From: Chiloscyllium plagiosum
Lineage: Eukaryota
Direction: 5' to 3'
Length of the DNA stretch: 64,000 bases
Assembly: GCF_004010195.1 (NCBI RefSeq)
Contig: NC_057719.1
Coordinates: 63,303,378 to 63,367,377, forward strand
A program made the translations under genes and the position numbers. This document shows, in pieces, positions 1-12,909 of this stretch; the stretch's first letter is position 1, and each line of letters begins with the position of its first letter. The notes beneath the pieces were generated by a model, which worked only from the letters and a program-made list of their open reading frames with translations, was not told the DNA's origin and did not search any database.

Positions 1-205
1 TTCCCCAAAAGAGATTCCAATGATCCAAAAATGTGAATCCTTCTCTCATACACCAGCTCCTCAGCCATGCATTCATCTGCTCTATCCTCCTATTCCTGCC
101 CTCACTAGCTCGTAGCTCTGGGAGTAATCCAGATATTACTACTCTTGAGGACCTCCTTTTAAATTCCTGCCTAACTCTGTGTAATCTCCCTTCAGAATCT
201 CAACC
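1..205 (-). mobile_element. CR1 LINE ORF1 (esterase-like) fragment
   Basis: Minus strand reads ...YTELGRNL/SSRVVISGLLPELRASEGRNRRIEQMNAWLRSWCMREGFTFLDHWNLFWG; homologous to ORF1 of the CR1 at ~18930-19110. Confidence 0.8.
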
Positions 206-455
206 TTTCCCCTTCCGAGCCTACACATACCTGAACACTATGGGCAATTTTAGCACGGCCAATTCACCTCAGCTGCACAACCTCGGTCTGTGGGAGGAAA
301 CAGGACCTCCTTTTAAATTCCTGCCTAACTCTGTGTAATCTCCCTTCAGAATCTCAACCTTTCCCCTTCCGAGCCTACACATACCTGAACACTATGGGCA
401 ATTTTAGCACGGCCAATTCACCTCAGCTGCACAACCTCGGTCTGTGGGAGGAAAC
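148..455. repeat. Perfect 154-bp tandem duplication (148-301, 302-455) spanning a LINE/SINE junction
   Basis: aggacctccttttaaattcc...gtgggaggaaac occurs twice back to back. Confidence 0.95.
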
Positions 456-560
456 CAGAGCATTGGGAGGAAATCCAAGCAGATCTGGGGAGAACGTGCA
501 AACTCCACACAAAGTTCGGGGAGACATGGGGACACAGTGAGAACGTGCAAACTCCACACA
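220..560 (-). mobile_element. HE1-type SINE fragments
   Basis: gggcaattttagcacggccaattcacct and gagaacgtgcaaactccacaca are reverse complements of the SINE core at 36470-36787. Confidence 0.85.
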
Positions 561-2130
561 GAATTCATCTACAGAGTTGTATATTTTCTTCAGCCACCAC
601 AAGTTATTTAATTTTACAGATAATGGAAGAATGCTTGTCAAGTTTTCTGGTTGTGCCTTTTGAATGCATCATCACAGGCTGAAACAGTTTAAACAAGACA
701 CCCTGTTGCTATGATGTTAAACATCACAACAGACATTTTTAAAAAGCAAGTAAAAGGACAGAATTGAACATCTGCATACTTGAAAAGCACAAAACGTTGC
801 ATCACTGTTTACTTAAATAGAACTATTCAATTGATAGAACTTATTTACCTCAGCTTATAGCGTAAGTTTCCAAAACACATTTGGTGCATGTTATTGACTG
901 ACTTTTTCAAATCCGAACTTTAATGGCATTCAGCGTAAATGGATAGTTAGGAATTGTAACACATGATCTTTTGGTTTGACAGCTGCAGTAATCACTGTCA
1001 CAATGGTGCAGGATATACAGATTTGATGCTCCATTCCATTGAGAAATTTGTGACGCTGGGAGGCTATTAACTGATAGGTTAACGAATTGATATATAAGAT
1101 CAAACTTCCATGTTACTCAGCCTCTGGTCAATGATTAGGGCAGAAACGATTGAGGGGGTAAGGACAATAACAGTGCTTTGTACTATCAATTATGGTCCCA
1201 GCTGATGGCACGACTGGACAAGTCAGATCCCAGAATGAAACCCGGCTTGCTAGATAATATTTTTCTTTTATTTTAATTGATGTGATGGTCAGTCACTGAA
1301 ACATGGTCACTTAGAAGTGTTTTTAACAAGGGGATCCCATTAAGAAAAGACCTAAGTCAGAATGCATTGCAAAACCATAAAATAATCATGTCATACATGC
1401 ATAGAAATAGGCCCTTCAGTCCACCTTGAATTTACTTTTCTGCCTCCACATGCCCTCTCCAAGGTTGGCAAAATGCGCATGGGACAGGGAGTACCCATTA
1501 ATTGACCACTTAAAAAGCTCAATTGGTTACATAACCAGAAGTCATACCATTAAGGATCTATCATGAGTTTGGACAATGGGAAAATATTGGGCTCCATCAC
1601 CAATGTGCTAGGAAAGTTCAGCCTATGTTTCCTATCTCATGACAAAGAACACTAATCCTTTATTGGTTATAAAATGCATTGAGTGTTTCAGAACTCATGA
1701 AAGATGTCAAATAAATGCTAAATTTTTCTTTGTTTTCCTTCATATCCTCAAAGGGCCATGTGAAAAAACTATTGAGCAGTAAAATGATGCAGCAGAAAAA
1801 GACACTTTTTTTGCCTGCACTATCCACTTTGTTGAATCTCCCTCCCTGGTTCATCTGCATATTCTTTAATATTCCTCTTTGTCAAGCCAATTATGTTTCA
1901 GTGATGTTGATTGAAGGCGATGTCCCTTTAAGAGTTCAATGCGGAAACGAGCCTAGTACAGTACATGCTGCTTTCACCTGAGCACAGGAGCACATGAGGG
2001 AAATATGTACTGTCAATTGGAGTTTAGTTGTAAATAGGCCCACCAGAGATCTTCATGCAAACAGAATCCACATATCTCATTTGGTTTACATTTAGATCAC
2101 AGAAGGATATTATTACAGACATCAGGGATA

Positions 2131-2385
2131 AGATTAGATTACTTACAGTGTGGAAACAGACCCTTCGGCCCAACAAGTCCACACCGACCCACCGAAGCGC
2201 AACCCACCCAGACCCATTCCCCTACATTTACCCCTTCACCTAACACTTTGGGCAATTTAGCATGGCCAATTCACCTAACCTGCACATTTTTGGACTGTGG
2301 GAGGAAAGTGGAGCACCCAGAGGAAACCCACACAAACATGGGGAGAATGTGCAAACTCCACGCAGAGAGTCACCTGAGGCGGGAA
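2131..2385 (-). mobile_element. HE1-type SINE, 5'-truncated
   Basis: agattagatt tail and core are near-identical to the reverse complement of 36470-36787. Confidence 0.9.
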
Positions 2386-2486
2386 CTTTCCTGTTCTTGT
2401 TTAAAATACTAATAGGGAACTTTTATTTTTGTCTGAACAAGCATATAGGATTTAATAGCTCATCCATGTGGTATTTATAAATAGAT

Positions 2487-2795
2487 GGGGGTGGCACAGT
2501 GGCTCAGTGGTTGGCACTGCTTCCTCACAACATCAGGGACCTGAGATCAATTCCCACCTTGGGTGACTGTCTGTGTGGAGTTTGCACATTCTCCCCGTGC
2601 CTGTGTGGATTTCCTCCCACAATCCAAAGATGTGCAGGTCAGGTGAATAGGCCATGCTAAATTGCCATAATGTTAGGTACGTTAGTCAGGGGTAAATGAA
2701 GGGGAATGGGTCTGGGCAAGTTACTCTTCAGAGGGTCGGTGTGGACTTGTTGGGCCAAAGGGTCTGTTTCCATACTATAGGGAATCTAATCTAAT
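2487..2795 (+). mobile_element. HE1-type tRNA-derived SINE
   Basis: A-box-like tggctcagtgg, core gtgtggagtttgcacattctcccc, LINE-shared tail gggtctgtttcc...aatctaatctaatc. Confidence 0.9.
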
Positions 2796-3299
2796 CAGAA
2801 GGACACAGTCACCATTCTTCTTTTCTGGACTGGGTCAAAAGACCTCTTTGGTTTACAATTGTGTTTGCTGATACCATCAAACAGTTGTCCTTGCACATGC
2901 ACATACTGTGTACATGCAGTGTCTATCCCCACCCCCAGTACTGCAGTGGTGACATTTGGTACTGATCGCTGATATTTCTTGTGCTTCTTTGGTTGCTGCC
3001 ATGTTCTTTACTAAAGGATTCATGCTCAGAACTTTTCAGTGCCGTCAGGAGACAGACCCTTGGTTGAAAGGTGAGTCTGAACAAGTAGAGGATTTTGTCT
3101 GAGCAAGACGTTATTTATCACCGGATAGGCACAAGTTACATTAATTAAATTAGACATTGCCACTAGGATTCTGAGTCCAGTGTATGCAGGTCTGCACTCC
3201 ACAAGATCCTAAGGTGTTGTGCCTTATCCTCACCCGAGCCTCAGAATATGTGGAGCTAAATTAAGTCTCTAGCATTACTCCTGGTCAAACCATTTCCTT

Positions 3300-3420
3300 C
3301 TGAACAATGGCAGCTCCAATATGCAGTCTGGATGACCTTTGTGCTCAAGTCTTTGCCTGGGGGTCTGGGAGGGCTTGAATCCCCAGCCATTTGACTCAGA
3401 GATAAGAGGGCTCCCAGGGG
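3300..3420 (-). mobile_element. Old tRNA-headed (Deu/SacSINE-like) SINE head fragment
   Basis: tgtgctcaagtct...cttgaatcc...tgactcagag resembles a reversed tRNA-like head; heavily decayed. Confidence 0.4.
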
Positions 3421-3444
3421 AAAATAACATGATGGACTTGACTT

Positions 3445-3718
3445 TGAGTCACACAGATGTACAGCACAGAAACAGACAATTTGGTCCAACTTGTCAAGCC
3501 AATCAGATATCCTAGATTAATCTAGTCCTGTTTGGCAGCATTTGGCCCATATCCCACTAAACCTTTCCTATTTATGTAGACTCCAGATGCCTTTTAAGTG
3601 TTCTATTTGAACCAGCCACCATCTCCTCTAGCAGCTCATGCCATACTCACACCACCCTCTGTGTGAAAAGGTTACCACTAGGTCCCTTTTAAATATTTCC
3701 CCTCTCAACTTAAACCTA
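3445..3718 (-). mobile_element. CR1/HER1 LINE 3' end fragment
   Basis: Reverse complement of the CR1 3' region at ~4910-5180. Confidence 0.85.
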
Positions 3719-3848
3719 CTACAACAAATACTACCTGTTTTCCACATAAATAACAGAGAGTGAACAGGATGAGATACAATAATGAGCACCAATTTGGAGG
3801 TGCCGGTGTTGGACTGGGGTGGACAAAGTAAAAAATCACACAACACCA

Positions 3849-5181
3849 GGAATCCTGAAAGACAGGATACACTTGTATTTGGAAAGGCCAGGACTGATTA
3901 GGGATAGTCAACTTGGCTTTGTGCATGGGAAATCATGTCTTACAAATTTGATTGAGTTTTTTGAAGAAGTAACAAAGAGGATTAATGAGGGCAGAGCAGT
4001 AAATGTGATCTATGTGGACTTCAGTAAGGCGTTCGACAAGGTTCCCCATGGGAGACTAGTTAGTAAGGCTAGATCTCATGGAATACAGGGAGAACTAGCC
4101 ATTTGGATACAGAACTGGCTCAAAGGTAGAAGACAGAGGGTGGTGGTGGAGTCTGAGACCAGTGGAGTGCCACAAGGATCGGTGCTGGGTCCTCTACTTT
4201 TTGTCATTTACATAAATGATTTGGATGTGAGCATAAGAGGATAGTGAAGAAGGCATTTGGTACAGTTAGTAAGTTTGCAGATGACACTAAAATTGGAGAT
4301 ATAGTGGACAGTGAAGAAGGTTACCTCAGATTACAACAGGATCTTGACCAGGTGGGCCAATGGGCTGAGAAATGGCAGATGGAGTTTAATTCAGATAAAT
4401 GCAAGGTGCTGCATTTTGGGAAAGCAAATATTAGCCGGACTTATACACTTAATGATAAGGTCCTAGGAAGTGTTGCTAAACAAACAGACCTTGGATTGCA
4501 GGTTCATAGCTCCTTGAAAGTGGAATCGCAGATCGATAGGATAGTGAAGAAGGCGTTTGGTATGCTTTCCTTTATTGGTCAGAGTATTGAAACAGGAGTT
4601 GGGAGGTCATGTTGTGGCTGTACAGGACATTGATTAGGCCGCTGTTGGAATACTACATGCAATTCTGGTCTCCTTCCTATCGGAAAGATGTTGTGAAACT
4701 TGAAAGGGTTCAGAAAAGATTTACAAGGATGTTGCCAGGGTTGGAGGATTTGAGCTATAGGGAAAATCTGAACAGGCTGGGGCTGTTTTCCCTGGAACAT
4801 CAGAAGTTGAGGGGTGCCCTTATGGAAGTTTACAAAATCATGAGGGGCATGGATAGGATAAATAGACAAAGTCTTTTCTCTAGGGTGGGGGGAGTCCAGA
4901 ACTAAAGGGCATAGGTTTAGGATGAGAGGGGAAAGATAGAAAAGAGACCTAAGGGGCAACTTTTTCAAACAGAGGGTGGTATATGTTTGGAATGAGCTGC
5001 CAGAGGAAGTGGTGGAGGCTGGTACAATTGCAACATTTAAAAGGAATTTGGATGGGTATGTGAATAGGAACAGTTTGGAGGGATATAGGCTGGGTGCTGG
5101 CAGGTGGGACTAGATTGGGTTGGGTTATCTGATCGGCATGGACGGATTGGACCCAAGGGTCTGTATCCATGCTGTACATCT
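3849..5181 (+). mobile_element. 5'-truncated CR1/HER1 LINE (RT, frameshifted)
   Basis: DFSKAFDKVPH, GVPQGSVLGP, FADDTK, RPLLEY motifs and CR1 3' UTR. Confidence 0.95.
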
Positions 5182-5754
5182 AGGTTATAGTCCAACAGGT
5201 TTATTTGGAATCACTAGCTTTCGCAGCACTGCTTCATCAGGTGGTTAAGTAACAGAATTTATAGCAACAGGTTTGCAGTGTCATGGAATGTAATATTAAC
5301 AAATTTAGCTTAAGTATTTCATCTTTTAGAATGATCATGTTAGTTTCGATTCGTTCATATGTAAATCCCAAACATTCTTAAAGTTATACTCTCAACATAG
5401 CTTTAACAATTGGTGTCATCTCAGCTCAGATAATGCATTGAAGGCCTGAGGTTAAAGTCTGTTTGTGTCCCATTGTTAGTTCAGACTGATTCTATTTTTA
5501 AAGTGGGATTTACAGAATCTTACATGAATTTGTGCAGGTTTTGAGCTAAATAAAATGTAATTCTACAAGTACAAAATCACCCCACAAACTTATATGTGTG
5601 TCTATGCAGCGTGACCAAGTGTGTGTATGCATGTAGGTGTGCAAGTGTCTGTGGGAGAGTGTGTTTATGTGTATGTATGTGAGTGTAATGGAGTATAGGT
5701 CTGTGAGAGGGTGCATGCATGGGTGTGAGTGTGGGGGTGTATGTCTGAGCATAT

Positions 5755-5756
<2 letters not shown>

Positions 5757-5792
<36 letters not shown>

Positions 5793-5813
5793 TGTGTGTG
5801 TGTGCGCGCGCGC
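5757..5813. repeat. (GT)n microsatellite running into (GC)n
   Basis: Alternating purine-pyrimidine tract seen directly. Confidence 0.95.
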
Positions 5814-6279
5814 AGTGGGGTCACCTGTAGTGTGTCATGAACCCAAGGTCCCAGTTGAGGCCATTCCCAAGTATACCGCAAAAGATGGTTGCTTTCTTTA
5901 CAACGAAAGAGTACTCCGATCAGAAACTGAGAGAAATGCCATGTGGTGATCATGTGAATAATGTAGCACATTGATGGAGAAGCTAATGAGAACAATATTT
6001 CCCACACTCAAGATGAATATCAACAATTCTGACAAATTGATGCTGCATTGAGTTGTTGTCAAATCGAGCCACGTACACATTCTCATACTGCTGCAGGGTA
6101 CACTTAATGACTGGCACAGAAATATCCTCATAATGTTGTACTTACATCTTGCAGGTTAGGATAGAAAGTGTGCTGCCAACACAAGCTATTGCCTGTGTCC
6201 TGTTGATGTGCTGATACAAAACAGTGTGTGGGTTAACCATTTGGGTGAGACTGACTCAATTCTTCCAGATACCAAGATT

Positions 6280-6465
6280 TGCACACGCTGTTATCTGGTT
6301 CCTGAAGGAGTCTTCTTCTAATAATCAAAAATGTTGGCATAACTCAAAGGGCCCCTCTGCAGCTGACAACACAATAGTGACTACACTTCAAAAGAATTTC
6401 CTTGACTTCAGCAATTCGGTGCTTCCTATGTTTGTTAACGGTGCAACATGAATGCAAGTCTTTCC
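6280..6465 (+). mobile_element. Deu-domain (SacSINE/AmnSINE-like) SINE 3' part
   Basis: agtgactacacttcaaaag...aatgcaagtctttc resembles the remembered Deu-SINE 3' region. Confidence 0.55.
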
Positions 6466-6659
6466 TTTCCCACTGAATAATGAGAAGTCCTTTCAAGTAC
6501 TTGGCACATTTTCACCACGATCATCTGGAATATGCCACTGACTTCCTGAAGGGCTGAAGTGAGGTTTTGGCCTATGACCTGTTTTTGTTTGGGTTTTGCC
6601 TCTGTCTCAAACAACTGCATGACAGCATGCTAGAGGGAACACTGCTAGTCACGATTATT

Positions 6660-6800
6660 TAGATTAGATTAGATTATTTACAGTGTGGAAACAGGCCCTT
6701 CAGCCCAACAAGTCCACACCAACCCGCCGAAGCGCAACCCACCCCTACCCCTACATTTACCCCTTACCTAACACTACGGGCAATTTAGCATGGCCAATTT
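6660..6800 (-). mobile_element. HE1-type SINE 3' fragment
   Basis: (agatt)n tail plus ggaaacaggcccttcagcccaacaagtccacacc. Confidence 0.9.
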
Positions 6801-6974
6801 ACTGTGTTACAAATATTTATGACAACCTTGCTGTAGCAGCCAATCTTTTCCAATGTGTCTGTATCCACATACAAAATGTGAAGACTAATCCAGTGGTTTA
6901 GTTGGGAACTAAGTGTGTGCATCATGTAATCTAGGACTGCTTAATTTTTAACTGACTTTAAGGAAAACTTACAC

Positions 6975-8405
6975 AGTCATATAGCATGGAAACAGACCCT
7001 TCGGTCCAACTCATCCATGCCGAACAAGTTTCTCAAACTAAACTATTCCCATTTGCCTGCATTTGGCCCAAACCTCTCTAAACCTTTCTTATTCATCTAT
7101 CTATCCAAATTTCATTTAAATGGTGTAACTGTACCTGCATTGCCACTTCCTCAGGCAGTCCATTCCACATTTGACCAACCCTCTATATGAAAAAGTTGCC
7201 CCTCCGTTTCCTTTTTCCTCTCACTTTAAAAATATGCCCCCAAGTTTTGAACTCCCCTACTCTTGGGAAAAGACATTTACTATTCACTTTATCTATGCCC
7301 ACATGATTTTATAAACCTCTATAAGGCCACCCCTCAAGTTCTTATGCTCCCATGGAAAAATATCCCAGCTTATCCAACCTCGCGTTATAACTTAAAGTTT
7401 CCATTCCCGGCAACATCCTTGTAAATCTTTTCTGAACTCGTTCCAATCTAATAACATCCTTCCTCAAGCAAGGCAACCAAAACTGTATACAGGACTCCAA
7501 AAGTGGCCTAAGTAATGTCCTGTACAACTACAACATGACATCCCACCTCCTATACTCAATGGTTTGAGTAATGAAGGCAAGCATGCTAAATGTCTTCTTA
7601 ACTACCCTATGTACCTATGCTGCAAATTTCAAAGAACCAAGTGCCTGCACCCCTAAGTCTTTCTGTTTGGCCCCTACCATTAACTGGTTAAATCCTGCCA
7701 GTATTCATTTTATCAAAATGCAATGCTTCACATTTATCCAAATTAAACTCCATTTGCCACTCCTCAGTCCATTGACCCAAATTGATCAAAGATCCCTTTG
7801 TAATCTTAGATTACCTTCTTCAGTGTCTACTATACCACCCAGTTTGGTGTCATCTGCAAACTTACTCGCCATGCCTCCTAAGTTCTCATCTAATCCGTTT
7901 AAATAAGTGACAAACAAAAGTGGACCCAACACCTATCCCTGTGGCACAACACTTCTCACAGGCCTCCAGTCTGAAAAACAACCCTGTATCACCAGCCTCA
8001 CCAGCCTCTGTCTCCTATTAAGTCAATATTGTATCCAATTGGCAAGCTCTTCCTGAATCCCATGTGATCTAACTTTAGTAATCAATCTACCAAACGGAAC
8101 CTTGTCAAAAGCTTTACTAAACTCTATGTAGACGACATTTACCACTCTGCCCTCAGCTATCTTTTTGGTCACATCCTCAAAAAACTCAAATCAAGTTTAT
8201 GAGACATGCACAAAGCCATGCTGACTACCCTTAATCAGCCCTTTCCTCTCCAAATATTTGTAAATTCAATCTCTCAGAATCCCCCTCACACAACTTTCCT
8301 ACCACTCATGTCAGACTCACCAATCTGTAGTTCCCAGGCTTCTCCTTACAGCCTTTCTTAAATAAAGGCACAACATTAGCCACCCACCAGTCTTTCGGCA
8401 CCTCA
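6975..8405 (-). mobile_element. 5'-truncated CR1/HER1 LINE
   Basis: Minus-strand YRTLLRPLLESCIQFW...LERVQKRFTRMLPG; FADDTK at ~7850; CR1 3' UTR at ~6980. Confidence 0.92.
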
Positions 8406-11400
8406 TTTTGTTCAAAGAATTGTCCTTCATGTGTTGGATTGGTGTCCAGCCACATTCAGAAGATGAAACTCAGACACCTGCAAAAGGCTGAATGACTGTG
8501 GATGTCTCAATGTTGATTCCTAGGACAATATGTTAAATATCCATCCTTAGCATTCCCCAGCACAGCGCTTCAATTTTAGCCATGGCCTCACAAACCAGGA
8601 ACATTCTTGAATTCTCTCTACATGCCCTCTGTCAGAAATGTGAATGTTTGCCCTCAATAATACATAGTGCAACTAGTCTTCCAATTCTGGACCAAATGGC
8701 AATCTCACTAAGAAGCGTATTTGATCAAAGCAAAGAGGGGAGGGGGGTGGGTGTCATTGACTGGAGAGCTGTATGAAGTCCTATGTCGCCTCCTGGATGG
8801 AACTCTCTCTACATTGAGTGCCTACAATAGGTCTTCCCAGAATTACGGACCCCTGAATAATCCCACCTCCATCTGAGCTGCCAGTCAATCAAAGGCCAAT
8901 AGCTATCCAGTGCATGCAGCACTAGAGAGAGACATAGCCTCAGTGAGAATTTCCATCCATGGGTGAGTAAGAGTGGGTGGGGTGGGAGTGTCATTAGAGG
9001 GAAGGTTTTGGAGCAAGGTCAAAGGCTAGCTTTCAGCACCATCCTCACCCCAGGGAGCCTGCAAGTTAAGATGGGAGGGCTCCCACAAGGTATGTGACTC
9101 ACCCAGAGCTGGTCTAATAATAATGGTGTAGAATCCAAACCTTAAGCAGCCAATAATTGGCCAATTAAGGACTTTAGTTGGCTGCAGAACAGAATGTATG
9201 ATTCAAGAACTTTCTCTCTCCTGAATTTAATTGGGAAAGAGGTGGCAGGTATGACCATCTCCCACCTCTCTAGTTGTTCCCAAAGAGTTCAGAAGGAGGG
9301 CTAGTGTAGGAAATGTATATTTTTCCATGGTACAATACAGTTTCCAGACTGGGCCGAAGATGCATTATCGGAAGATGGCGGGCAGCTGGAGGGTTTTTTT
9401 GGATCAGAGTCATGTGATACTTGATACAAGTGGGAAAACATTCACAGCCCTTATCTTGATGAGCATGATAAAAAAGAAACACAGCCTATGTTCCTATATC
9501 ACACGATGATGATTAAGAATCTAAACCAGAAAAATTAGCAATGGATAAGACGCTAATGATGGTATGATCAAGAATTAAACCAACTGACTTGCTTATACAA
9601 TAAAATAATGAAAGTATTTCAAAAGCTTTTATTAGCACCATGTTTCATTGCAGATAATGTTATATATGATTGACCTCTGATAAATCACAAGTCTTCATTT
9701 GTAATCAAGATATCTGTAGATAACACAACACATATCTACACATTCAGATTTTCATGGTAATTTAGTACAATTTGTTATGCCTATTTTGCCTATGCCCTGA
9801 GGTTTTTATTTCCCACTGCTTCTCTACAAATTATATTCACATGCTTTTGGCTTCTCTCTGAATAATGGTCGGTTTGAGAAGTTGCTGTCAGCAAAGCAGT
9901 TTTGATTCAGTCAAGGAAATCAAAAAACCAGCGCATTGATAATTTGGCTCTGAAATATTTGGAGTTAATTTGGTCCACGAGCCTTTTGAACCTATCATAA
10001 ACAAAAGGAATAGGCACTGGCAGAAGTTTTGATTATGCCATTAAGTTCAATCAATTGAACTTCAGTGGTAGGGAAGCTTCTAGAAACAATTATATCTATC
10101 TCTCTGCAGGGTATGTTGGCTGGGGAGTTGTCAACTAGCCTTGCTACCATGAGTTTGATTAGGGTCAAGATAGGAATTTGGCAGCATCCCTACCCATCAT
10201 CATCCCATCTGATTTAATGAGCCCTACTCACTAAACTTACCATGGGGGAAAGCATAAAATCAAGCTCCTTATTATCCTTAGCTTCCTCCATAAGTAGCAA
10301 TGAACAAACTTGTATAAGCATACAGCACCAACCATTGCCAACATGTAGTTGGGTAAATAGCTGTCTCTATCCCCAATATCTGACTGCAACTACAGAGCTT
10401 TCTTTGTCTAATGTAGTAGAGGAAAAGGCCCCTGTCTTTATATGTTATACAAGGCATTGGTGAAATTACATCTAGAATATTTGATCTCTTTGGAAGGATG
10501 TCAATAGATTGGAGCTGGTTCAGAGCAGGTTTACTGGATTGATACTTGGAATGAGTGAGTTGTCTTAGGAGACTAAGTTGGACAGTTTTCATTGGAAGAA
10601 ATTTTATCCTTTGGATGATCTTCATAGAGGACCTCATTCTGATAAACCAGACAGTTTAACTATTGCCTCATCTGAAGGACCCTTAATCTCCTGAATTTGA
10701 TTTGTAGAGGAACTCTTACCTGCTGAAACATGTAATTGTCCCATGACATCATCTAGCGGACCTTTTAATCTCATGAATTTCTTTGATGAAATTCTTGATG
10801 AAACAGACATTTTTGTCATTTTGTGTATCATGCATTTCTGAATGAGGCAAATTATTCTTGAGATAGGTGTCCTGGACCTCTGTGCCAAGTAGTTTCTTCT
10901 TGACTGTGTCCTAAAGCTGTGAATATAGTCATCCCACCTCATTGCTGGTATCTATGGAGTTTGTGCAACACATCTCCAATCTATGAGAGCAAATCATTAT
11001 TCTCAATCTGCTGGCCAATCTGTGCTCAGTATGTTGAGGTAAAGTTACACAGATAACTGCACTCTCATTAGAGAGAGATGACTGGTGTTTGTTTAATGCA
11101 AAGGTCACTATGCCTCAGGTCAAGGGCAAGGTTGAGAAGGAAGGAGCTTTGTGGTGGCCTTAGTCAGTACATGAATGATCCCCTGTTGTTGGTGTCCCTC
11201 TGCTTGACAAACCGGCCAACAGAGCTAATGTAGGGTCTGTAGTTAAACTTGTTTATTCAGGACAATGCTTGCATCGGTCCCTCTGTGGTTGCTTTACAGA
11301 TTAACCCAACATGTAAACTATCTCAGTCATACTACTTGACGATTGAAGCTTACTTAACATAATCTCTGCCACTGGTAGAGATTTCTTGGAAAGTGAAGAA

Positions 11401-12743
11401 CTAAAACGTTTTTTTGAACTTATGTTGTCCCATCATCTGATATAAAGTTCAAAACTCCAAAAATATTGGGCTTGCTTAGTTATGCTACTGTCTACAAAAC
11501 TTCAGTTCAAGATGCATCAATATATTCAAATAGATCATCTTGCACATTATCATACTCTTCATGTGCATCTTCATACAATCGTTTTGATTTCTATCATCCA
11601 GAATTTTTTCAGAGATGATGAAATTGGAAAACATTTCAGCCTACCCTATGTAGTCACAGATTTCCATCTTATTGATAGTTTGAAACAATTCTCTCATACC
11701 AAAATATGTAATCTCAATGAATAATGTCTTCAATTTACATTCTTCCACAAGTTTAGGAAAATCAATGAAATCTTCATCCAATTGTCCCTTGACCAATTCA
11801 ACAGATATTTGCTCATTAAGTAATATTTCCTTGACATGGGTCATAACTGTCTACTCTTAGATCAGTTGTTGCCTGAGTGACATCTCTTTGAACAGGCATA
11901 ACATCACGAACTGCATTTCAACCTGTTCATTTTAAATTATTGAAATCCTTCCACCATTTTAATAAGGTTCATGCCAAAACATGCCCTCTTATGCAAGAGT
12001 GAGAATTCTTGATTGCAAAATACATATAAATTTTCTATTCTCTTATGCACTTATCGCAAACCCTGAAACTGAGATCTATATCACCTGAACTATTTCATTT
12101 CACTGATATAGGCAGTTTCTTCATCCCATGTGTCCAATCTGTTAAACAAGTGACAATTACCCAATCAAACTTAAAATTAATTTGATATCCATTGACATAA
12201 ATCACATCTTGCCAAAAGGAATCGGTTAGATCACTAATTTTAATGCTCAGAATACATTGAGTACACCTTCTGTTGCAGATCATTCGAGCTAATTAATAAC
12301 TTTGTATGTGTATTTGATTTCCTGCTGCTCTATCACTCTATTCTGCTTCAGCACATTTTATGTAAGTGGCCTATAGTTTTATAGATACCTTTTTTTAATA
12401 ACTGGGGACTCCTTTCACCTGTGAGATTTCTTTGCACTACAGTGTTGACACTGACTCTTGGTATTCACTATCTGGCCTACTCTATATATTGGTGTCTCAT
12501 CTTTTTGAAGTTTACGTATTTCAAGAACTGAATGCATTTTTTTGAAGTTCTGAGATAAGATTAATATTTTCCTCTCAGGATTTCTCTGTTATCGCTTCCT
12601 ATTTCTACTTCTAAATGGCTTTATCTGAAGTCACAACTTTACATTTACCTTAATCAGTTATACTCCAAAATGAATACAAAAGTGCAAGTACTGATTCAGC
12701 TTTTGAACCACCAGCTAGTTTGGAAGCAATTCTGTATTTTAAG

Positions 12744-12909
12744 TTAAAAATCACACAACACCAGGTTATAGTCCAACAGTATCCACAACCACCTCATGAA
12801 GGAGCAGCACTCCGAAAGCTAGTGCTTCCAAATAAACCTACAACCTGGTGTTGTGTAATTTTTAACTTTGTACACCCAGTCCAACACTGGCGCCTCCAAA
12901 TCATGACTA
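12744..12909. mobile_element. Mini-PLE pseudo-LTR insertion with partial 5' inversion, in gag
   Basis: TSD tattttaag at 12735-12743 and 12910-12918; mutated hammerhead (ctcatga...gaaagcta) at 12790-12824. Confidence 0.85.

Larger units (their letters stand above)
3790..5850 (-). mobile_element. Penelope-like element 3' end/pseudo-LTR, split by a CR1 insertion (PLE parts ~3790-3850 and ~5182-5850)
   Basis: ...aatcacacaacaccagg | aggttatagtccaacagg... is contiguous in the copy at 45020-45060; degenerate hammerhead at ~5212-5243. Confidence 0.75.

Noticed and set aside
849..1080. Minus-strand exon ending at a GAG|GTAAAT donor-like site
   Set aside because: Frames tested contain stops and give no recognisable protein
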